Shown piece by piece: positions 28,532 through 36,254 of a DNA stretch of 64,000 nt (its first letter is position 1; each line of letters begins with the position of its first letter). Position numbers and translations under genes: made by a program. The notes below the pieces were generated by a model that was not told the DNA's origin, did no database searches, and saw only the letters and a list, made by a program, of their open reading frames with translations. Source of the DNA: Shigella phage Silverhawkium; the sequence record MK562505; one strand, 5' to 3'.

Positions 28532-29632
28532 ATGACAATTCTGTACAAACAAAATAAAGATGGCTCTTTTAACGTCTGGTCATGTGTTGCTGTAGGTGAC
28601 AAAGTCGTCACAACTTATGGTAAAGAAAATGGCAAGATGATGTTTGAAGAGTACACAGCAGAACCTAAGAACATCGGTAAAAAGAATGAGCGTAATGCTG
28701 AACAGCAAGCTCTCTTTGAAGTTGCTGCTAAGTACAAGAAGCAGGTTGACCGTAAAGGGTATGCTTACACAAAATCTGAAGCAGAGAATGTTGAAAAGGT
28801 TGGTGTACAGCTTGCTCAGGATGCTTCCAAGATAAGTCACAAGAAGTATCTGGTATTCCCTGCCGATGCTCAACCTAAACTTGACGGGGTTCGTTGCAGG
28901 ATTTCAAGAGATGCTGACTCAGAAAGTTTTACAGCATATTCTCGTGAGAACACGGTATACAACATTCCTGTAGAGTTGATTCCTGATGTTCTTCTTATGC
29001 TGAAGCTTCATAAAGATGTTGAAGATTTCGACGGTGAGATTTATGCTCATGGTTGGGACTTGGAAGATATTGTGTCTATGATTAAGAATGCTGACAATCC
29101 AGACCGTCACCTTCTTAAATTCTACTGGTATGATATCTGTGACAAGACTAAATCTTGGCCTGAGCGTCGTGAAGTTATTGATAATTCACCAATCGTTGAA
29201 CTCGGTGATGCTTGCAGGGTTGTACCTGTTCAGACAATCCGTGTTAACTCTTGGGAAGAATTTGATAATGCTCATGACAATTGGGTTAAACTCAAGTTTG
29301 AAGGGGCAATGTATCGGTCAATCTCACCAGATTCGTTCTATGAGTGTGGTCACCGTTCGTACTTCTTGATTAAACACAAGAAGATGCACACGCAGGAGTT
29401 CATAGTAACTGCTGTCAAGACTGATAAACGTGGTCACGGTAAGTTCGTTGTAGAGACCCTTCCTAACGTCTTTGTAGATGTTTCATGGAAAACTACCCAT
29501 GAGAAGAAGCAGCATCTTGCTGAACATCCTGAAGAGTTTATCGGGAAGCCTTTAACGGTTCAGTTCCAGAAGATGACTCGTAAGGGGTCTTTACAGTTCC
29601 CTGTTGGGCTTGTTATACGAGATTATGAATAG
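28532..29632 (+). CDS. ATP-dependent DNA ligase
   Basis: 366 aa; adenylation motif I KLDGVR. Confidence 0.8.
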   Translation: MTILYKQNKDGSFNVWSCVAVGDKVVTTYGKENGKMMFEEYTAEPKNIGKKNERNAEQQALFEVAAKYKKQVDRKGYAYTKSEAENVEKVGVQLAQDASKISHKKYLVFPADAQPKLDGVRCRISRDADSESFTAYSRENTVYNIPVELIPDVLLMLKLHKDVEDFDGEIYAHGWDLEDIVSMIKNADNPDRHLLKFYWYDICDKTKSWPERREVIDNSPIVELGDACRVVPVQTIRVNSWEEFDNAHDNWVKLKFEGAMYRSISPDSFYECGHRSYFLIKHKKMHTQEFIVTAVKTDKRGHGKFVVETLPNVFVDVSWKTTHEKKQHLAEHPEEFIGKPLTVQFQKMTRKGSLQFPVGLVIRDYE

Positions 29633-29640
29633 AGGTTAGC

Positions 29641-29790
29641 ATGTTTAGCGCAATTATCCTGTTTGTTTTTGTTGTTTTATCATTATCTTACTTCATAAGT
29701 AAACTGATAAGCATAACATACAAATCAGCCTTAGCCCTTACTCTGTTATCATTTGTAGTAAATGCAGTAGTCAGAGAATTTTTAATATAA
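29641..29790 (+). CDS. small hydrophobic membrane protein (49 aa), absent from the ORF track
   Basis: hand translation MFSAIILFVFVVLSLSYFISKLISITYKSALALTLLSFVVNAVVREFLI; GAGG RBS. Confidence 0.35.
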   Translation: MFSAIILFVFVVLSLSYFISKLISITYKSALALTLLSFVVNAVVREFLI

Positions 29791-29795
29791 AGTTG

Positions 29796-29823
29796 TTGAC
29801 ATAGAAAATTTGGTGAGTATACT
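29796..29823 (+). promoter_or_regulatory. sigma70-like promoter (-35 TTGACA, -10 TATACT)
   Basis: consensus hexamers with 16-nt spacer; transcript would run into the repeat modules. Confidence 0.55.
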
Positions 29824-29854
29824 GAGCAGCATAAACCAACGGGTACTCACCAGC

Positions 29855-30111
29855 ATCACTTAAGAGTCTTTGAAAAGGATTTTTAAGTGATATTTGGTAT
29901 GGTATGGTACGGTTCGGTGGTGTATGGTTTGGTTCGGTGGTGTAAGGTGTGGTCCGGTAAAGTATGGGTAGTTAGTCTCAGCTACATTAAAATGAGACTT
30001 ACCTTTTTAAAAGGTCTTGAAGAGGGTCTTTTAATAAGGTAGGGTAAGGTTAGGTAAGGTATGGTTGGGTTAGGTATGGGTGGATGGTAGTAGCCACGTT
30101 AAAAATCTACC
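29855..30111 (+). repeat. noncoding modular repeat region 1: two units of hairpin + phased GGTNN array + hairpin
   Basis: hairpin atcacttaa/ttaagtgat (29855-29891); 15 in-phase pentamers (29896-29970); hairpin agtctc/gagact (29974-29999); second array (30038-30088); hairpin ggtag/ctacc (30086-30111); no ORF of 60 aa or more. Confidence 0.8.
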
Positions 30112-30169
30112 AAGTTTCTAAAGAGTCTTCTGTTGAGGGTTCTTTATAAACAACTTAACAATAAACTAA

Positions 30170-30775
<606 letters not shown>

Positions 30776-30777
30776 TT

Positions 30778-31218
30778 ATGAATACAAAAGCATTAGCAGC
30801 AAAGTTTAGTTACGGTGATACTGTATCACACTCTGAGATGGACACCTTCTTAGGTATTGAGAAGCCAACTTATCAAGGTAACATTGTTAAGTACGAAGAT
30901 GAAATGAAGGCTTACGCGCTTACACGCCTAAATCGACTTGAGAAGTTTATTGAGAAGCTTCTTAAAGAAGAGAAGATTTATCTGGTTGCTTCAATGGGTG
31001 TTGGTTATCGCGTGGTTGAACCCAAACATCAAGCAACTATTGCAAAACGTAAAATGTCTAGTAAGATTGGTCGTGCTTTAAAGCAAGCCACTCAAGCGAT
31101 TGAGAATGTGAACACTATGGCACTGAGTCATCAAGAACGTTCACGACTGATTGAACAGCAAAACCATTTAGCTGCCATGAAAGCTAACATTAACAAACAA
31201 CGTAGAAAGCCTTTCTAA
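30778..31218 (+). CDS. hypothetical protein (146 aa) with basic C-terminus
   Basis: ORF 3 nt after the previous stop; C-terminus NINKQRRKPF. Confidence 0.5.
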   Translation: MNTKALAAKFSYGDTVSHSEMDTFLGIEKPTYQGNIVKYEDEMKAYALTRLNRLEKFIEKLLKEEKIYLVASMGVGYRVVEPKHQATIAKRKMSSKIGRALKQATQAIENVNTMALSHQERSRLIEQQNHLAAMKANINKQRRKPF

Positions 31219-31229
31219 GTTGATTAGGT

Positions 31230-31252
31230 AGCCTCTTCGGAGGCTCCTTTTT
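31230..31252 (+). terminator. rho-independent terminator after the cassette
   Basis: AGCCTC-ttcg-GAGGCT followed by a T-run. Confidence 0.6.
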
Positions 31253-31253
31253 A

Positions 31254-31512
31254 AAAGGTCTTTAAAAGGGTCTTTTAATAAGGCTCGGCAATGTTCGGCA
31301 TGGTCTGGTATAGTCCGGTGCTGTTCGGCGTGGTAAGGTGAGGTATGGGTAGTTAATCGGAGCTACATAAAAATTCGATTACATCACTTAAGAGTCTTTG
31401 AAAAGGGTTTTTAAGTGAGGTTTGGCTCAGTATGGTTATGTGTGGTGATGTGTGGTTCTGTAAGGTCATGTTTGGTATGGAAGGATGGCAGTAGCCTTAT
31501 AAAAAATCTGCC
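31254..31512 (+). repeat. noncoding modular repeat region 2: same module family as region 1 in a different order
   Basis: arrays at 31282-31351 and 31424-31488; hairpins aatcg/cgatt (31355-31380), atcacttaa/ttaagtga (31383-31418), ggcag/ctgcc (31487-31512). Confidence 0.8.
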
Positions 31513-31531
31513 AAATAAGCTATAAAATCTG

Positions 31532-31560
31532 TTGACAAGTCAGGTGTTATAGCTTATTTT
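31532..31560 (+). promoter_or_regulatory. candidate sigma70-like promoter (-35 TTGACA, 17-nt spacer, -10 TATTTT)
   Basis: upstream of the secreted-protein gene; TATACT also present further downstream. Confidence 0.35.
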
Positions 31561-31600
31561 TATACTCAAATGTATACAAAATTTTATATAGGAGGTAGTT

Positions 31601-31981
31601 ATGAAAAAGTTACTTGTTGGTGTCATTGCTCTTGGTATGAGTTTTAGTGCAGTGGCTATGAAGATGCCTGAAGCAAACTTTAGTGGTGTTGCTTTAGAAT
31701 CTTGTAAGATTGTACAGAAAATTGCATCAAATGCTGGAGAGTTAACTAAACCGTTGTCTGCTACGACTGTTCAAGAAATGACTGATAAGATGGTTGACTA
31801 CAACTACCATTTTATGGGAGATTACTATGACAGATTAGCAGATGAGATGGTCACTCAGAACGTTGACCTTCTTGATAGTAAAGGTATTGAGACTGTAGAA
31901 GATGTGAAAGACAACTTTATGCGTGAGTCTTTCAAAGGTGTTCAATACTTTATTGAAAATCGTCACTGCATGGGTTTATAA
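31601..31981 (+). CDS. putative secreted/periplasmic protein
   Basis: 126 aa; N-terminal signal peptide MKKLLVGVIALGMSFSAVA; AGGAGG RBS. Confidence 0.5.
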   Translation: MKKLLVGVIALGMSFSAVAMKMPEANFSGVALESCKIVQKIASNAGELTKPLSATTVQEMTDKMVDYNYHFMGDYYDRLADEMVTQNVDLLDSKGIETVEDVKDNFMRESFKGVQYFIENRHCMGL

Positions 31982-31983
31982 TC

Positions 31984-32187
31984 ATGAAGAAGAACATCTG
32001 TAGAACAGACTATGGTGAAGTGGTCGATGATGACGGAGTAGTTATTTACAGAGTTTGGGCTAATGATTTTGCAACCGTTGTAGAGTCTTTAGATAACTAC
32101 ATCAATGGGACTCGTGAAAACGTCAGAGCAACTAATCTTGATTCGTTAATCGACACTTCCAGAAAACGGAGAAAGAAAGATGAATGA
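31984..32187 (+). CDS. hypothetical protein (67 aa)
   Basis: ORF overlapping the next gene by 8 nt. Confidence 0.4.
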   Translation: MKKNICRTDYGEVVDDDGVVIYRVWANDFATVVESLDNYINGTRENVRATNLDSLIDTSRKRRKKDE

Positions 32188-32479
32188 GGTTTTTGACCCT
32201 TATGCTCCACAAGATGATTGGGAGGCAAATAGAGAGGCTGAAATGGAAAGCTATATCTGTCCAATGGATGTTGAAGAAATGAGAGAGTTCGTTTCTTACA
32301 GATTCAGAAAAGAGATTGAGAAGCGAAAGTACTCTCAAGCACAAGTTGCAAAGATTTGTGAAATATCTCAAGCAAGAGTCTCGAACATCATTAATGAAAA
32401 TGGTAAAGTAACTCTCGAATACATGCTCAGGGCATGTGAAAAACTAGGTGTAAATTTTAACTTAAGGCTGGCAGACTAA
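32180..32479 (+). CDS. helix-turn-helix DNA-binding protein (XRE-like)
   Basis: 99 aa; SQAQVAKICEISQARVSNIIN fits an HTH motif. Confidence 0.5.
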   Translation: MNEVFDPYAPQDDWEANREAEMESYICPMDVEEMREFVSYRFRKEIEKRKYSQAQVAKICEISQARVSNIINENGKVTLEYMLRACEKLGVNFNLRLAD

Positions 32480-32480
32480 T

Positions 32481-32840
32481 ATGAAAACTCAAAATGCAAT
32501 CTTCAATGACAACTTTGCTCTTGGATTTTATGGTAAACCTACAAGAGTTGAGAAATCGTTTGGTGAAGAACTCTTATCTGTTTTGAAGAGTATGTACAAA
32601 GATGGTAAGATAAAACACACTGAAAAGAAGCGAATCGCTGGATACATGACGATTGGCTCTGCTATCTCAAACATTAAACTTGAAACAACATGTGCTCATG
32701 ATGTTCGCAACAAGTTTATAAAGGAACTTTTTGACAACATTGATGGTGTTTCTGTGAAAGCTATCTGGTTAAATGTTGATGGTACTAACTACACAACATT
32801 CACTTTCAAAAACGAGGATATCAAATGTCTCTTCCCATAA
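32481..32840 (+). CDS. hypothetical protein (119 aa)
   Basis: ORF. Confidence 0.4.
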   Translation: MKTQNAIFNDNFALGFYGKPTRVEKSFGEELLSVLKSMYKDGKIKHTEKKRIAGYMTIGSAISNIKLETTCAHDVRNKFIKELFDNIDGVSVKAIWLNVDGTNYTTFTFKNEDIKCLFP

Positions 32841-33328
32841 AAATAAACTTAGTCTTTGGATTTAACGTTCTAAAGGGTCAAATACTGAGTCTCCCAAAGT
32901 CACCTTATCGCACTGATAAGGGTTCAGTGAAACGTGCTGCACACTATAACAACAATTTAGGTGCTTTGCAGTCTCTATATGAGTGGCTTGATGAGGATGG
33001 AAGACTCAATGAATACCTTCATCAACTTAATTTGACATTGGAAGAGGGCAATATGGTTTATAACCACCTTCCACAACTTTACACGCCAATGTCACCAACT
33101 CAGCAAAACTGGAATGAACGTGCTTTAGATGGGTATAGCACAATTACACACTCGAAAAGTCTGGACAGCACACCTGAGTACAGGAAACTCAGAGAGATTA
33201 TCTACCAAACTATAGGTAAGAGAGTTTCAAAAGGGCTTGGTTACAAAGAAAAGGTTGACTGGAATACACAAAAGTGTATAAAATTCTACTCATTTGATAA
33301 TGAGAAGCAGACATTTATAGAGGTTTAA
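32825..33328 (+). CDS. hypothetical protein (167 aa)
   Basis: ORF. Confidence 0.4.
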   Translation: MSLPIKINLVFGFNVLKGQILSLPKSPYRTDKGSVKRAAHYNNNLGALQSLYEWLDEDGRLNEYLHQLNLTLEEGNMVYNHLPQLYTPMSPTQQNWNERALDGYSTITHSKSLDSTPEYRKLREIIYQTIGKRVSKGLGYKEKVDWNTQKCIKFYSFDNEKQTFIEV

Positions 33329-33329
33329 C

Positions 33330-33851
33330 ATGCAAAAGATAGGATTCCTGTTGATACAACCAGAAGCTATTCTATTAAAAGGTATCATTTCAAGCCATTT
33401 TAAGAACAGAAACCTCCAAGAAGGTGAAGTTCTGATTGAGACAAACTATGAAGCTGGCACAACTGAGTTTGTTGATGCAGATACTGGAGATTCACTTTGT
33501 ATTCTCCCTTCACACTTGTTCACACCGGAGTTGAGAGATTCTAAATCAATCTCTATGAAGCTGGAGTCAAGTATTGAACTTTATGAGGATACTCAGTATC
33601 CAAGAAGCTTCAAATCTATGTTGAACATCTTCTTAGAGGATATCAAAGAGATTGTGAAACCAGAAGCAGGGAAACATATAGTGACTGCTGAGTGTCCAAA
33701 TGGGACACACATAACATTTACCGGAGATTTTGGTTCAATGGAGTTTCTGAGTTTTGTACCAAAACACTTCGTAGATTTCTTATCAACTGAGTGTGATGAT
33801 TTAGATTTCATCGTTGATATTCAACAAATATTTAAGGTAAACAAAAAATGA
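33330..33851 (+). CDS. hypothetical protein (173 aa)
   Basis: ORF. Confidence 0.4.
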   Translation: MQKIGFLLIQPEAILLKGIISSHFKNRNLQEGEVLIETNYEAGTTEFVDADTGDSLCILPSHLFTPELRDSKSISMKLESSIELYEDTQYPRSFKSMLNIFLEDIKEIVKPEAGKHIVTAECPNGTHITFTGDFGSMEFLSFVPKHFVDFLSTECDDLDFIVDIQQIFKVNKK

Positions 33852-34120
33852 AAATCTTTGAAAAGTTTGAACAATGTTACGCTCAAGATGGTGAGCCTTT
33901 GAAATGCCCCACTTGTGGAGGTTCAAACTTCCAAGGTGAAATTTCAGAGATTGTTGCTGGGAACATAGCTGAAGAGTACACACGCTGTATTGATTGCAAT
34001 AACATTGTATCTTTTTGGGCGTATGGTAGCTATCAACCACAACCTAAGCTGGTGTACCATCCGGTAAAAATCATCAAAGATATTGCAAACTGGTTTGTAA
34101 TTAAGGGGTTCACACAATGA
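33848..34120 (+). CDS. small zinc-ribbon protein
   Basis: 90 aa; CPTCG ... CIDCN cysteine pairs. Confidence 0.45.
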   Translation: MKIFEKFEQCYAQDGEPLKCPTCGGSNFQGEISEIVAGNIAEEYTRCIDCNNIVSFWAYGSYQPQPKLVYHPVKIIKDIANWFVIKGFTQ

Positions 34121-34662
34121 TTCGTTTAGTATTTGCAAGTGGTAGAAAAGGTGAGTTTGGTTGCCCTAGTGGGATGCCTTGGGAACGTAACCGTGAAGAC
34201 ATGAAGGAGTTCAGGAAACTTACTGAAAACCAACTAGTGGTTATGGGTAATGAGACCTTTAAAAGCCTTGGTAGAAAGCCTTTACCAAACCGTGAGAACA
34301 TGGTTTTATCAAATAACCTACCATACTATGGTATAGATTTTGATAATGAAAACTTTGTCATTGCAAAGGTTGAACCAGACTCTTTTGGTGCATTCCTTAA
34401 AAAGATTGATAAGCAAATTGATGAAGATGTTTGTGTAATCGGTGGTGCAAATATCTTGAAAGCTGCCTTACCATTTGCTGATGAGGTTTACCATACAGTA
34501 ATTTATGAGATTACTAAGGAACCGACTGTCTATTTACCTGAAGAGGGTTTCTTTGAGTATTTGCATGAGAAAGAGTTATTTGCTAGAATACAATCTAAAC
34601 CGTTAGCTGACAAATCTGGTGTAGTTAACTTTTATGTACCACAAGTAAGAGGACGTTTTTGA
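34117..34662 (+). CDS. frd: dihydrofolate reductase
   Basis: 181 aa; N-terminal MIRLVFASGRKGEFG...GMPW and later VVMGNETFKSLG resemble the DHFR fold motifs; directly upstream of thymidylate synthase. Confidence 0.75.
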   Translation: MIRLVFASGRKGEFGCPSGMPWERNREDMKEFRKLTENQLVVMGNETFKSLGRKPLPNRENMVLSNNLPYYGIDFDNENFVIAKVEPDSFGAFLKKIDKQIDEDVCVIGGANILKAALPFADEVYHTVIYEITKEPTVYLPEEGFFEYLHEKELFARIQSKPLADKSGVVNFYVPQVRGRF

Positions 34663-34663
34663 T

Positions 34664-35563
34664 ATGTCACAAGCAGATGTAAGTTACAAAGGGATACTCA
34701 ACCATGTTCTTTCTGTTGGAGAAGAACGTAAAACAAGAACTGGAAAGGTAGTATCTACATTCGCACCACCTGAGTTTCGATTTGATATGCGAAGCGGGTT
34801 TCCATTAATAACTTCGAAGCAAACATTTATGCGTCAAGTTTTAGGTGAAGCTCTATGGTTCCTCAACGGAGAAAACAAACTAGGTCACTTACGTTACAGG
34901 ACTTGGGGTGAAAACGATGGAGAGCGTTGGACTATCTGGTCAGATGATTTTGAACGTTGGCTGAAGACAACTTATGCAACTGAAACAGATTGGTTGGAAG
35001 ATGCAGGTGGAAGAATCTATGGAGTCCAATGGAGAGCCTACGAAGGTCATGGAGGGGTTGTTGTTGACCAGCTAACCAATCTTGTAGAGAAGATGAAAAA
35101 CTCTCCTACAGACCGTTATATGCTGGTTAATGCGTGGAATGCAGCAGATATTGCAAGCAACTCTATGGCATTAGCACCTTGTCATGTTCTGTTTCAGATT
35201 TATATCTCTAACACTGGTGAGGTTGACTTGAAATGGTATCAACGTTCCTGTGATACATTCTTAGGTTTGCCATTTAATATTGCATCGTATGGGTTTATTT
35301 TGGAAGTTTTGTGTAAGATGACAGGGTTGACTCCACGATACCTCATTGGTACTTTTGGAGATACTCAAATCTACATGAACCATATGCAACAAGTTTACCA
35401 GTTGCTTGCAAATGAGGATTACCCAGCACCTAAGTTCGAGATTGGTATCAACCTACACAGCATGGAAGACTTAAAACACTTAACAGCAGATGATTTTATT
35501 GGTGGTTTAACAGACTACCGACATGCTGGTAAAATTGAAGCTCCACTGTCAGTAGGTAAGTAG
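34664..35563 (+). CDS. td: thymidylate synthase
   Basis: 299 aa; active-site region LAPCHVLFQIY and folate-binding region; no intron interruption seen. Confidence 0.85.
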   Translation: MSQADVSYKGILNHVLSVGEERKTRTGKVVSTFAPPEFRFDMRSGFPLITSKQTFMRQVLGEALWFLNGENKLGHLRYRTWGENDGERWTIWSDDFERWLKTTYATETDWLEDAGGRIYGVQWRAYEGHGGVVVDQLTNLVEKMKNSPTDRYMLVNAWNAADIASNSMALAPCHVLFQIYISNTGEVDLKWYQRSCDTFLGLPFNIASYGFILEVLCKMTGLTPRYLIGTFGDTQIYMNHMQQVYQLLANEDYPAPKFEIGINLHSMEDLKHLTADDFIGGLTDYRHAGKIEAPLSVGK

Positions 35564-35571
35564 AAACAAAA

Positions 35572-35595
35572 AAGGCTCCCATAAAAAGGAGCCTT
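35572..35595. terminator. bidirectional terminator hairpin between convergent modules
   Basis: AAGGCTCC-N8-GGAGCCTT with A/T runs on both sides. Confidence 0.55.
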
Positions 35596-35599
35596 ATAA

Positions 35600-35974
35600 C
35601 TATTTGTTTTTATTGTTCTGTGTATTTTGCTCAGTAATTGCTTGCAAAGCTGATACAGATTGTGCTAAGTTGTTAACACTGTCAGAGAATTTATCAAGGG
35701 TTTTGGTCAACTTAGCGTTTTCACCCTTTACGTTCTCTAGCTGAACTTTCTGGTTCTCCATCCCTAACTGTAAAAGTTTCATATCAGATTGCAAATCACG
35801 AATTGCTGAGTAGTTACCTTTAGAGTAACCATCCAACTGCTGTAATTTTGTATTGATAGAAACTTCCTGCTTACCGTCAGAGACCTGCATCGTAGTGTAC
35901 ATTCCAATCACACTGAAAATACCCACAACAATTGCACCAATGTTATTCTTAAAAGCCTCTTCAATCCACTTCAT
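35600..35974 (-). CDS. membrane-anchored coiled-coil protein (i-spanin-like topology)
   Basis: 124 aa; N-terminal TM helix then coiled coil. Confidence 0.3.
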   Translation of the reverse strand: MKWIEEAFKNNIGAIVVGIFSVIGMYTTMQVSDGKQEVSINTKLQQLDGYSKGNYSAIRDLQSDMKLLQLGMENQKVQLENVKGENAKLTKTLDKFSDSVNNLAQSVSALQAITEQNTQNNKNK

Positions 35975-36168
35975 TATTTCTCACCCTTAAAAGCCTTTTC
36001 CAAGGTATCTACAAATTCATCATCAATAGGTGTATCAGTCTTACTCGCAAGGTATCTTGCAAGCTTGAAGAACACTTTTTCAATCATGTATTCACTAAGA
36101 AGAGAAAGTAGAAGCTTCCAGAAGAATGCCCCAAGATTTTTCATGAGGATTGCTAGGATAGTCGGCAT
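35974..36168 (-). CDS. small membrane protein (64 aa)
   Basis: N-terminal hydrophobic helix, charged C-terminus. Confidence 0.3.
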   Translation of the reverse strand: MPTILAILMKNLGAFFWKLLLSLLSEYMIEKVFFKLARYLASKTDTPIDDEFVDTLEKAFKGEK

Positions 36169-36254
36169 TTAATCACCTTACTTCTTGAGCCAAGATGGTG
36201 AGAATACCTACTAAGAAATATTAACACCATCTTAACAATTAGTCAACAAGGTAA

